In this document: piece after piece, positions 31,684 to 42,600 of the stretch
How positions within the stretch are numbered: the stretch's first letter is position 1
How the letters are laid out: the number at the start of each line of letters is the position of its first letter
From: an uncultured bacterium
Lineage (GTDB): Bacteria; Verrucomicrobiota; Verrucomicrobiia; Limisphaerales; UBA8199
Assembly: GCA_963749495.1 (NCBI GenBank)
Contig: CAVVMW010000014.1
Location: 64,001 to 128,000 of the forward strand
Direction of reading: 5' to 3'
DNA length: 64,000 nt
Notes under the pieces: generated by a model
Told to the model about the DNA's origin: nothing
Database searches by the model: none
What the model saw: only the letters and a program-made list of their open reading frames with translations
Made by a program: the position numbers and the translations under genes

Positions 31684-32709
31684 ATGAAACTCGAGCGATT
31701 TGCAGGCAACCCGATTCTCAGCCCGGAGCCGGCGCATCCGTGGGAAGACCTGGCGGTCTTCAACCCGGCGGCGTGGCACGACCCCGAGCAGGGGCAGGTG
31801 CTGCTGCTCTATCGGACTGCCGAATCGGGGCCTGAATACAAGTGCTGGTTCGGGCTGGCCACGAGCCGGGACGGGTTCCATTTCACGCGCGCCGGGGACC
31901 AGCCGTGCCTGGGCCCGAGCATCGAGGGTTACGACGGGGCCACGATCCAGGACCCGCGGATTGTCCGGATGGGGCGCTGGTTTTATGTCACTTACGCGTG
32001 CCGCCATTTCCCGTTCGGGCAGTTCTGGGTCCCGGAGGTGCGCGCCCGCTACCTCAAACCGGATTGCCCGGAGGAGTTTCCGAGGTACCTGCGGCTCAAT
32101 GCCACGCTGACGGGTCTGGCCATGACGCGGGACTTCAAGTCGTGGATTCGCGCCGGCTGGCTGACCGACCCGCTGCTGGATGATCGGGACGCGATTCTGT
32201 TCCCGGAGAAGGTCGGGGGCAAGTTCGTGCTGCTGCACCGGCCGCTGGAATGGGTGGGCCCGGCCTATGGGACCGACCAGGCCTGCGCCTGGATAACGAG
32301 CGCGGACGACCTGCTGGGCTTTGCCGCCGCCCCGAGCCGGCTGCTGATCAAGCGGCGCTACGACTGGGAGGCCTTCAAGCTGGGCATCAATACGCCGCCC
32401 ATCAAGACCCCGCGCGGCTGGTTCACCCTCTATCATGCCGTCGGCCCGGACAAGTTCTATCGCCTGGGCGCGCTGCTCCTGGATCTGGTGGACCCCGGCA
32501 TCGTCCGGCACCGGACGCCCGATTGGCTGCTGCAGCCGGAGGCGGACTACGAACTGGACGGATTCTATCGGGGCTGCTGTTTCCCCTGCGGGGCCGTGGT
32601 GATCGCCGGCACGCTCTTCGTCTATTACGGCGGCGCCGACAAATACTGCTGCCTGGCCACTTGCCGCTTCCAGGACTTGCTGGACCACCTGCTCTCATGC
32701 CCGGCCTGA
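31684..32709 (+). CDS. GH130-family glycoside phosphorylase/hydrolase
   Basis: NPIL, AVFNPAA, QDPRIV, DAILFPEKVGG, LHRP, YYGGAD. Confidence 0.9.
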   Translation: MKLERFAGNPILSPEPAHPWEDLAVFNPAAWHDPEQGQVLLLYRTAESGPEYKCWFGLATSRDGFHFTRAGDQPCLGPSIEGYDGATIQDPRIVRMGRWFYVTYACRHFPFGQFWVPEVRARYLKPDCPEEFPRYLRLNATLTGLAMTRDFKSWIRAGWLTDPLLDDRDAILFPEKVGGKFVLLHRPLEWVGPAYGTDQACAWITSADDLLGFAAAPSRLLIKRRYDWEAFKLGINTPPIKTPRGWFTLYHAVGPDKFYRLGALLLDLVDPGIVRHRTPDWLLQPEADYELDGFYRGCCFPCGAVVIAGTLFVYYGGADKYCCLATCRFQDLLDHLLSCPA

Positions 32710-34595
32710 TGCACCCCGTCGATCTGACCATCATCGTCCTTTATCTCCTGCTCATGTCGCTGGTCGGCTGGCGGGTGGCCAAGCGGGCGTCGCGCAGCGC
32801 CGAGTCCTATTTTCTGGCGGGCAAGAGCCTGCCGTGGTGGATCATCGGCGTGGCGCACGGGTCCAGCGGGGTGGACATCACCGGGACGATGTGGTTCGTG
32901 ATGATGTTCTTCATCTACGGTGTCAAAGGGGTTTGGCTGCTCTGGGTGTGGCCGCTCTTCAGCGTGGTCTTCCGGATGATCTACCTGGGCACCTGGGTGA
33001 GGCGCTCGAACGTCCTGACCGGGGCGGAATGGATGCGCACCCGGTTTGGCCACAGCCGCGGGGCGGAACTAGCCTACCTGAGCGTGGTGGCCTATGCCCT
33101 GGTACACGTGGTCGGGTTTCTTTGCTATGCCTTTCGCGGCATCGCGGAGTTCACCAAGCCCTTTTTCCCGTGGGACTTTTCGTATGAGACCTACGGCACG
33201 GCGATGCTATTGGTGACCGGGGTCTATTGCGTGGTGGGCGGGATGTACAGCGTGGTGATGAACGATTTGATCCAGTTTGTCCTCAAGGTCATCGCCGCCG
33301 TCGGCATCGCGGCCATCGCCATCATCACCATACGCCCGGAGCAGATCATGGCCGCCGTGCCGGCGGGCTGGGACCGGCTCTTTTTCGGCTGGAAGCTGGA
33401 CCTGGATTGGTCTCGCCTGATCCCGGCGCTCCAGGAGCGCGTGACCAACCCGGTCAGCCAGGGCGGCAACGGCTATTCGCTCTTCCTGTTTTTCACCGCC
33501 ATGTTGTTCTTCAAGGGCGTCCTGGTGAGCATGGCCGGACCGACGCCCAACTACGCCATCCAGCACGTCCTGTCCACGCGCAGCCCGCGCGAGGCCGCCC
33601 TCGAAAACATGATGATGGCGGTCGTATCGCTGGCCCCGCGCTTCCTGCTCATTGCCGGCATCTCCGTCCTGGGCATTGTCTTTTTCCAGTCCGACCTCGC
33701 GCAACTGGTGGCGGCCAAGGGCAAGAACGCCCGGTTCGAGGAACTCCTGCCCAGGATCTTGAACCGCGACTACATCCCGGTCGGCTTCAAGGGAATCCTC
33801 ATCGCCGCCCTGCTGGCCTCGTTCATGAGCACCTTCGTCTCGACGGTGAACTCGGGCGCGGCTTACGTGGTCAACGACATCTACAAGCGCTACATCAATC
33901 CCAGTGCGCCCCCGCGCCGCTACGTCGTGCTGGCCTGGCTCACCTCCAGCGCCGTCATCCTGCTGGGCATCGGCTTCGGCTTCGTCACCCGCAACGTACA
34001 TTCGGTCACCCGCTGGATCACGGCGGCGCTCATCCCTGCCTTTGTCATTCCAAACGTGCTCAAGTGGCACTGGTGGCGCTTTAACGGCTACGGCTTCTTC
34101 GCCGGGATGGCCGCCGGCACAGCCGGCGCGCTGGTCGTCCCCCGCTTCCTGCCGCACCTCCACGAGGTGTTCACCTTCCTGATCATCCTGGGCCTGAGCA
34201 CCGTGGCCTCGATTCTGGTTTGTCTGCTGACCAAGCCGGAGCCGGACGAGGTCCTCCAAGGCTTCTACCGAACCGTGCGTCCCTGGGGCTGGTGGGAGCC
34301 CGTCCTGGCCAAATGCCGCGGCCGCAACCCCGGCTTCCAGCCCAACCGCCTGTTCCGCCGCGACCTCTTCAACCTCCTGGCCGGTCTGGTCTGGCAGACG
34401 GCCATGGTGGCGGCCCCAATCTACCTGGTCATCCAGCACTGGCGGCAGTTCGCGCTCTCGACCGCCGTTTTTGCCCTGACGTCCCTTATGCTCAAGTTCA
34501 CCTGGTACGACCAGTTGGGCGGCCACGACGGCTACCTGCCCGACGCGGCGCAAGAGAGCGCAGGGCGTGTCGACAATGTGGAGCATGCAGCGTAG
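32709..34595 (+). CDS. Sodium:solute symporter family protein
   Basis: YFLAGKSLPWW, DITGTMW, LASFMST; many TM segments; ATG overlaps the GH130 stop. Confidence 0.92.
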   Translation: MHPVDLTIIVLYLLLMSLVGWRVAKRASRSAESYFLAGKSLPWWIIGVAHGSSGVDITGTMWFVMMFFIYGVKGVWLLWVWPLFSVVFRMIYLGTWVRRSNVLTGAEWMRTRFGHSRGAELAYLSVVAYALVHVVGFLCYAFRGIAEFTKPFFPWDFSYETYGTAMLLVTGVYCVVGGMYSVVMNDLIQFVLKVIAAVGIAAIAIITIRPEQIMAAVPAGWDRLFFGWKLDLDWSRLIPALQERVTNPVSQGGNGYSLFLFFTAMLFFKGVLVSMAGPTPNYAIQHVLSTRSPREAALENMMMAVVSLAPRFLLIAGISVLGIVFFQSDLAQLVAAKGKNARFEELLPRILNRDYIPVGFKGILIAALLASFMSTFVSTVNSGAAYVVNDIYKRYINPSAPPRRYVVLAWLTSSAVILLGIGFGFVTRNVHSVTRWITAALIPAFVIPNVLKWHWWRFNGYGFFAGMAAGTAGALVVPRFLPHLHEVFTFLIILGLSTVASILVCLLTKPEPDEVLQGFYRTVRPWGWWEPVLAKCRGRNPGFQPNRLFRRDLFNLLAGLVWQTAMVAAPIYLVIQHWRQFALSTAVFALTSLMLKFTWYDQLGGHDGYLPDAAQESAGRVDNVEHAA

Positions 34596-34693
34596 GGGAT
34601 CGAGGGGCGAGGAACAGGGGGCGAATGTCGAGGGAACCTGGCTCGGCTATCGTGGGACATCCCTAACGGGATTTCCCGCGGAACAACTTATCC

Positions 34694-34722
34694 TTGACAA
34701 CTCCGCCCCGATTTCCTATAAA
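34694..34722 (+). promoter_or_regulatory. Sigma70-like promoter
   Basis: TTGACA-N17-TATAAA. Confidence 0.6.
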
Positions 34723-34928
34723 GGCCGCACGCTAACCTCGCTGGTCTGAGAGGGCGGGGCGAGCGGGTACTGAAGGTATATGGGGCGAGCTATTCCGAAG
34801 GTCGGCGCGACAGGTCAGGAAACTGATCAACGAGAGGGGCGTTCTGTCCATCAATTTCCAACTCGCCCGGTTAGGGCCTCCGGCATCGCGGCTCGTCTCA
34901 GCCTCCCAATCTTCTAAAACTAAACCAA

Positions 34929-37663
34929 ATGAGACCTAACTTTCCGTTAGCGCTGCTGTCCCTTTCACTCTGCGCCGCCCAGGCGCAGATTACTCCAACC
35001 GATCCAGGCTCCCAGCCTGGCGCACCGTCCGCGGGGGGGGGGGTACAATCCCTGATCCCCTGACGTGGCCCGTCACCGCAAGGGACGACTGCTCCACGAC
35101 GCATGAGGGCACCGTGCAGGTGATGGACGCGGTCACCGGCCTGGTCACATCCCAAACCCACCGTGTCATCGAGATAGCCACAGGTCTGAACTACCTCGAC
35201 CCCTCCGGCATGTGGACAGAATCGCAGGATTTGATCGAACCTCTTCCCGGCGGCGGCGCCGCCGGCCTCCACGCGCCGTACCGCGCCTACTTCTCCCGGG
35301 CCGGACTAAATGATGACGCGGCCCTCACCATTGTCAGCAAGAGCAACCAGGTTTACCAGGCCCGGGTGCTCGGCATCTACTACTTTGACGCCCAAACAGG
35401 CCGGAGCAACCTGCTGGCCACGCCATCGGCCGCCGCGGTGGCGGAAATCCTCCCACCCAACCAGATTGTTTACAGGGGGGCTTTCGACTCGGACATTCTC
35501 AAAGCCGACCTCCGCTACACTTACACGAAGGCCGCCCTGGAGAGCGACGTCATCATCACGCGCCAGCCGAAGCTGTCTCCCGCAGACTGCGGGTTGAATC
35601 CGGACACGACGCGAATCCAGGTGCGCCATCAATGGCTCGGCGCCCCACAGCCAAGAATCCAGCAGGGAATAATCGGGCAGAGCACGGGTCCGGGCCTTGT
35701 CGACCAGCCGTTGGATTTCGGCGACCTTTGGTTCCCCGCCGGGCATGCGTTCGCCTGGGACGGTGACATCGGCAGGGGCACAAACGCCGCAACAATTTCA
35801 CTGCCCGTGGCGGCGGACGCTGCGCAGGCGCCGGTCGGGAAGGAGTGGCAGACCGCGGGCGGCATCGGGACCCTCATCGAGTCCGTTAGCTGGAGTAGTA
35901 TAGCCCCGAAGCTGGCCCAATTGCCGGCGTTTGCCAAGGTCGCCAGCGGTTCAAACGAAACCATGCTGGCGGCTGCCGGGCGGCCGGAGGCCGCGCCGAA
36001 GGTGCATGTCGCGGCAAGGCGCACGATAGAAGTCGCCGCCAGGCCCTATGAAAAGCCTGGAGTGGTCCTGGACTACATAGTCGTCTCTGGCAATGGAAGC
36101 TATGACTTCGCCGGGTTCAACGGTACAAACACCTACCTGCTGTCAGGCAACGGTTACTTTTCCGGGACTCTGACGTTTGAGGCCGGCTGTGTGGTAAAGT
36201 ACGCGCAGGGCTATTGGTTACTGACGTATGGCGGGGTGGTGTGCAATGGCTCGCAGGCCTCACCCTCCGTATTGACTTGCTATGGCGACTTTTTGTACGG
36301 GGAACATATTGCCGGTGGTTTTCTCGGCGCAAGTGCCAAGCCCGCCCTATGGCTGTACTATATCGCCGCCCCCCAGACAATCCAGTGGATGATAGTGCGC
36401 AATGCCCAGCAGGCTTTTGAAGCGGACGCCAATGGTTGCGGCGCCGTGACACACACGGTGGCAAATTGTTCCGTCTTCCAGGGCCAGATCGGGATTGGGG
36501 TGTACAACTGCAACGTATCGGTCCAGAACTCGACCTATTGCTATCTTACCACACCGACCACGACGGGATCGTCGGCCCAGGGTTGCGCAAGCATCACCGG
36601 GAGCTTCACCGCGGCCAACGCGCCCTACCTCACGACCTCCCCTTCCAGCCAGTGCCAGTTTGTACTGCCGACGTACAACAGCGTTACGTTCACCGCCGCG
36701 GCTGTTCCCTCCTCCTGCACCTACATCTGGACCGACTCTGGCTACAACATCGTTGGAAGGAACCAATCCTTGACGTTGACCCCGGCTCAGCTCGGGACAA
36801 GTTACGGGGGACAAAAGCTCTGGGTTTTCGCCCTCGACAGCTATGGCAGATCAACTTATGGCGGCGGGTGGGTCGGCATCGTCAATAGTTCCGCCATGTC
36901 CGTGGCCCAGCACTGGACCACTTACACAAATAACAAGACCTGCAATCTGTGGTCCTGCAGGCCGAATACCGACCCTCCTACCGGCCTGGCGTGGGACACC
37001 TCCTGCCTACTCTACGGCAAGACCGGCTTCACGGCCATATCCCAGTGCAACGACTGGGACCTGCCGTACCGCGGCACGTGCCCCGTCACCGCACTTACGC
37101 CCCGGCACGGCTATATGCGCGGCCATGGAACTTATGGTTCCGACAACCCCTTCGCGGGCTTGAACACCAATTTCAACGGGCAACACGTCTATTTCTGCAC
37201 GGGTGACGGCAACAACACGCTTGTGACAGCCACCGTAGCGATGGGCTGGACGCGGTGCGAAACCAATAATTGTGACCACACGATTCTGGTTTTCACGGCG
37301 GACCTGCCGGCAACCATTCAGCCGATGGAAGTCAGTGCCAATTCGCAGACCTATTGGCCGGCGACCTGCTCCGTCATTTTCGAGACTACCCAATCCGGCC
37401 ACATGAGCGCGAACAACCCACCTTTTAGTTACGGTGTTGGCGCAGACCATGACGCCTTCCCTCCCTTCAACATATACGAGACTTGGGTAGGAGGTGACTG
37501 CGGCTCCCCCATTATTCTGCCAGCAACGGATGACGTGCTTGTGTTCATCATGGGAATAGGCGGGACCTCAGGCCCGAATAGTTACATGCAGACCGACATG
37601 AACACGCTGAGCCAATACGTGGGGTGCACTCAATACCAGATGCGGCAGCACTCGGTGCAGTAA
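34929..37663 (+). CDS. Secreted multidomain protein with C-terminal trypsin-like domain (frameshift at poly-G near 35033-35043)
   Basis: Signal peptide MRPNFPLALLSLSLCAAQA; C-terminal TALTPRHGYMRGH / DHTIL / GGDCGSP. Confidence 0.65.
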
Positions 37664-37685
37664 GGACCGCGCGGCCCCCTTTGAA

Positions 37686-38573
37686 ATGGAAGCACAATGC
37701 GAACGACATAGGAGATGGCTCCGTACTATGAAGACAAAAAGAAAAACCACAGGAATGCCAAGCCCGGCCAGGGGGCTTCCTGGCAGGACTGACCCGTCCG
37801 GGACATTCCTTGGGCACGCGGGTGCTGGCGGCCTTTGCGCCGCGCGTGCGGCGACACGCCCAAGCAGACGAGGCATCGTGATCCTGGCAACGGGTGCCCT
37901 GCTGGCCTTCGGGCCGGCTTCGGGGGTTCTCGCCCAAGGCTCGATCAATCTCGACAATAGCCAATCCACAGGAAGGCTATCGATAGACGCGCCTGGGAAC
38001 TACTACGGGGGCGTCTATGGCGTTGAGGTCTGGGAGATGAGCGGCGCTCGCCTCGTTCCGCCCGGGATAAATGGAGTTTATCCGATCCAAGCCTACAACG
38101 ATATGGTAAGCGCCGGGTTTAAGCGCGTGGCGATTTTCTCGGATCAAAACAACAGCTCGACCCCCGGCATCATTCGGCTTGGGGAGCTTGACATCCCGGA
38201 CGTGGTCCCGAAGGGGGCCACCGTGGTCATCGCCCTTGCCATGTGGAATGACGCCGAACCGACATGGGAAGACGCGGGTTGGTTTGGAGTGAATCTTCGG
38301 TTGGGCGTGCTCGCGTTTGTCAACGCGACGGCGGATTACACGGCGATTCGCGCGCCCGCTCCTCCTGCGCTGAGCGGGTGGACCAGCGATCTCATCATGT
38401 CCATTCCTGAGCCGTCCACCGTCGCTCTTGCAGGTGTGGGCGCGGCGGCGTGGCTGATGTTGCGCCGGAGCGCGCGCAGGACGCCTCTCAGCCGGACCAA
38501 CGGCCGAGGAACCGCCGCAGGGCGGACCGGCAATCCGCCCAATCCATCCCGCCCGACGCCTGGGGAGGGATGA
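37686..38573 (+). CDS. PEP-CTERM sorting domain protein (true start probably later)
   Basis: IPEPSTVALAGVGAAAWLMLRR; AQGSINLDN mature N-terminus. Confidence 0.85.
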   Translation: MEAQCERHRRWLRTMKTKRKTTGMPSPARGLPGRTDPSGTFLGHAGAGGLCAARAATRPSRRGIVILATGALLAFGPASGVLAQGSINLDNSQSTGRLSIDAPGNYYGGVYGVEVWEMSGARLVPPGINGVYPIQAYNDMVSAGFKRVAIFSDQNNSSTPGIIRLGELDIPDVVPKGATVVIALAMWNDAEPTWEDAGWFGVNLRLGVLAFVNATADYTAIRAPAPPALSGWTSDLIMSIPEPSTVALAGVGAAAWLMLRRSARRTPLSRTNGRGTAAGRTGNPPNPSRPTPGEG

Positions 38574-38826
38574 AAGAGGCGTAGCCCGGGGGTCCAAGCG
38601 CAGCGAGACCCTCGGTCTAAATCGAAACCGTCAACATTGGCACACTCCTGCGGGTCTCTGGCCTTTGTCGCGGCCCTTGTCGAACGGGGATTGTCTCGAC
38701 AAAGGAGGCGACAAAGCTTGCGACAAAGGCTGTGACAGGGACGGAGCGGGCCTTTTCCGTGTATTCCGTGTATTCCGTGGTTGTCAAAAAGGCTTTTTGC
38801 GAGGATTTGGGGGCCGCGATGTTCCC

Positions 38827-38949
38827 TTGACAGGCGCAAGTTATCTTGACATAGTGCCTGGGTATGCGCCGCAGAAGAGCCTCGTTGAGCGTACCGCTCA
38901 AGAACCCCGACCGAACTGACGCCCACACTGGGCGAACCGATGGTAACGC
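38827..38949 (+). repeat. 123-bp direct repeat, copy 1 (copy 2 at 39578-39700)
   Basis: Ungapped alignment with 10 mismatches; includes the upstream region and first codons of the 39615 gene. Confidence 0.92.
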
Positions 38950-39000
38950 CCTGGCTCCGAAGGGATTGACGGCTCCAATTGCGTTCAGTAAACTATAGGC

Positions 39001-39216
39001 GTGAACTATACCGTGATCCTTGAGAAGGAAGCTGTCGGCGGCTACCATGCCTTCTGTCCGGCCCTGAAAGGGTGCCACAGCGAAGGGGAAACGGAGGCTG
39101 AAGCGCTGCAAAGCATTCAGGAGGCAATCGAGGTTTATCTCGAAAGCCTCCTTGCTCACCACGAGCCGATCCCTCAGGACAATATCGTTGTTCGCTCCGT
39201 CCCAGTGGCGGTATGA
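39001..39216 (+). CDS. hicB: HicB-family antitoxin
   Basis: YTVILEKE..GGYHAFCPALKGCHSEGET.AEALQSIQEAI; preceded by TTGACG-N17-TAAACT. Confidence 0.92.
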   Translation: MNYTVILEKEAVGGYHAFCPALKGCHSEGETEAEALQSIQEAIEVYLESLLAHHEPIPQDNIVVRSVPVAV

Positions 39217-39437
39217 GCAAACTGCCGTCACTCACGCCAAGAGAATTGGCGCGCGTTGCTCAGAAGTTAGGCTTTGTGTTCGACCGCCAGAAAGGCAGTC
39301 ACGCAGTTTACCTGCGCGGCAGCGACAGGCGGCGTGTAGTCATCCCCATGTACCATAGGGATCTGAAGCCAGGCACGCTGCACGGTCTGGTTAAAGATCT
39401 GGGAATCTCAGTTGAGCAGTTCATTGAGCTGCTCTGA
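39213..39437 (+). CDS. hicA: HicA-family toxin
   Basis: LGFVFDRQKGSH..VVIPM..DLKPGTL; ATGA overlap with hicB. Confidence 0.92.
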   Translation: MSKLPSLTPRELARVAQKLGFVFDRQKGSHAVYLRGSDRRRVVIPMYHRDLKPGTLHGLVKDLGISVEQFIELL

Positions 39438-39614
39438 CCCACCGCCCGGACCTCCACGCCCTCCGCTGCAATCCGCCCCAAAAGCACCGGCCGCCAGCCC
39501 AACAATTCGCTGCTCGGAGAGCTCCCGGCGCCCACCCAACCCGGGCTACGGGGCGCCGGGGGCGCCGCGTTCTTCCATTGACAGGTGCAAGTTATCTTGA
39601 CATAGTACCTGTGT

Positions 39615-42600
39615 ATGCGCCGCAGAAGAGCCTCGTTGAGCGTGCCGCTCAAGAACCCCAACCGAACTGACGCCCGCACCGGGCGAGCCGCTGCTAACGC
39701 AGGGCGCATCCTCGGCCTGACGTGGGTGCCGGTCCTGGCGTGCCTGCTGGCGCCGGGCGCATCGCTCCTGGGCGCAGTGCCGCCGGGATGGACCGATGCC
39801 GATATTAATTCCCCCGGCATGTACGGCGCCGCTTCGTTCACCAACGGCCTTTGGACCCTCTCCGGCGGCGGGGCCGACATCTGCACGTTCGACCAGATGC
39901 ACTTTGCCTTCAAATCGGAGACCGGTGACAGCCGGTTGCTGGCGCGGGTCGAGAGCGTGCAGAATGTCCCGGGCGCCCAGGCGGGGATCATGTACCGCAA
40001 TGATTTGAGCGCCTGGGGCCTGGAGGTGTCTGTGCTGGCGACGGCCGGGAGCGGTGTCTCTTTTCAATGGCGCAACACCGTTGGCGTGAGCTGCACTTAC
40101 CAGGTGGTCGCTGGCGCGGCCAACCTGGGAGTGCCTGTCTGGCTGAGCCTGGTCCGGTCCGGCAACAACTTCAGCGCCTACTGGAGCACCAACAACAGCG
40201 ATTGGAACCAGGCCGGCTCGACCCAAACAGTGCCCCTGAACCCGACGGCACTGGCGGGCCTGGTCGTCAGCGCCAACAACAATGCCACGCTGGCCACCGC
40301 CACGTTCAGCGGCGTGGACCTGCCTTCTCCGGTTTTTGGGGTCTATCGCCAACTCTGGACGGGCCTGAACCTTGCCGCGGGCAACACTCTGGCCGCCCTG
40401 ACCAACACCACGTTCAACCCGAATTGGCCCGCCAGCCCCGACCCGGATTTCACCGCCTTCTACAGCAAGCTCGAGACCGAGACCAATACCGGCATGACGG
40501 CCTACGGACAGCGCCTTCGGGCCTTCGTCGTGCCGCCGCTCACCGGCTCCTACACCTTCTGGATAGCCAGCGCTGACTCCTCCCAATTGCTGCTCAGCCC
40601 GGACGAGACAGCGTCGGACGCTGTGCCGGTTGCCTGGGTCAACGGTTCCACAAACCCCCGGGAGTGGACGCGCGAGACGAACCAGCAATCGGCAGCTATC
40701 TCCTTGAAGGCGGGCTGTCGCTACTACCTCGAGGCCCTCATGCAGTACGGCACGACGGGCACTGACAACCTGGCCGTTCGCTGGAGCCTGCCCAATGGCG
40801 TCTATGAAGAGCCGATCCCCGCCTCCAGCACCAATGGAACGTACCTGGTGCCCTGCTCGGGCCTCGACAGCCCGCCGGGCATCTGCCAGCAGCCCACCAA
40901 CATCACCGTCCCTGACAGTTACCCGGCGCGCTTTGTCGTCCTGGTGACCAACCAGGCGCCCGTGGCCTACCAATGGCAGGTCAATGGGACCAACTTGAGC
41001 GGCCCTGACGCGGCCACCGCCGCCTATTGCCTCACCAATGCGAATGCCCTGACAGACACCAACCAGTCTTACAGTTGCATCGTGTCCAACTCGGCCGGGG
41101 TCGTCACCAGCGCGTTGGCACAACTGACGGTGCTGGCGAATACCAATCCCCCCAGCGTCGTGCGGACGCTCTATCTCAACTCGACCAACATCCAGATCCT
41201 GTTCTCCGAGCCGCTCGACCCGGCCAGCGCGACCAACCCCGCCAACTACGCGTTCACCAACGGCCTGCCCGTCACCGGCGCGCAATTGGGCGCCGACCTG
41301 GAGACGGTCACGCTCATCACTGCCCCGCTGGTCTTCGCGAGCAACTACGTCATCGTCCTCAACTGCATCGTGGACCGGTCCAACGAGCGCAATCCGATCG
41401 CTCCCAATACGACGCTGAACCTGGTGGCCGCGCCCTACTTCGTTCAGGGGGTGGGCAACCCGACGCCCCCGGGAACCCTCGCTGGCAACGGCGGCGGATT
41501 TGACGTCGGCGGCGGGGGCAGAGACATCGGTGGGACCAGCGACCAGTTCCAGTTTGTCTATGAGACGATCGAGGGCGACTTCGACTTCCAGGTGCGGCTG
41601 GGGTCGCTGAGCCCGACCGACACTTTCGCCAAGGCGGGCCTGGTGGCGCGGGAAGACCTCTCGCCGGGCGGCCGCTTTGCCGCAGTCCTGGCCACGCCCG
41701 CCATCAACGGCTGCTTCATGCGATTCCGGGCGGCAGCCGGGGGCACGGCCCAATCGAGCGGCAACTTGGCGGTCAATTACCCCCAAACCTGGCTGCGCCT
41801 GAAACGGCTGGGCAACCAGTTCACCGCCTTCGCCGGCTTCGACGGCCAGACCTGGCAACAGTTGGGCACAGCGACGATGGCCCTGAGCAATTCCCTTTAT
41901 TTCGGCATGGCAGTCTGCAGCTACAAGTCCGGGCTGGCGGCGGTCGCGCAGTTCCGCGGTCTGGCGCCGACGACCAACGGGGCAGTGGCCGCGCTGTCCA
42001 TCCCCCACGAGCCGCTGGGGCCGTGCAGCCGCAGGACACCCTTGGTGATTTCGGAAATCATGTATGAGCCGGCCGTGCGCGCCGACTTGAACAACGTCGA
42101 GTTCCTTGAAGTCTATAACACCAATCCCTGGTTCCAGGACCTCAGCGGCTATCAACTAGTGGGCAACGCCATAAGCTACACCTTTCCGCAGGGGACGGTC
42201 CTGCCCGGGGGCGCTTTCCTGGTCGTGGCGGCCTCGCCCCAGGCCATCCAGGCCGTCTATGGCATCACCAACGTGGTGGGACCTTATATCGGGTCGCTCA
42301 GGAAGGCCGACACCATCCAGTTGCTGGATACCCTGGGCGGGGTGTTGCTGAGCGTGCCTTACTCGAGCGTTTATCCCTGGCCGGTGGGGGCCGATGGCAC
42401 CGGCCACTCGATTGTGCTGGCCAACCCAACCTACGGTGAGGCCGACCCGCGGGCCTGGGACCTGAGCGACGTGGTGGGCGGCTCGCCCGGGCAAATGGGG
42501 GCCTACGTGCCCAGCCCGTTGCGCACGGTCGTGATCAACGAGTTGCTGGTTCACTCCGAAAACCCCGCGCTGCCGTGCTTCGTCGAACTCTACAACCATA

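Noticed and set aside
35033..35043. Poly-G tract as a phase-variation switch
   Set aside because: Cannot be separated from homopolymer sequencing error without reads
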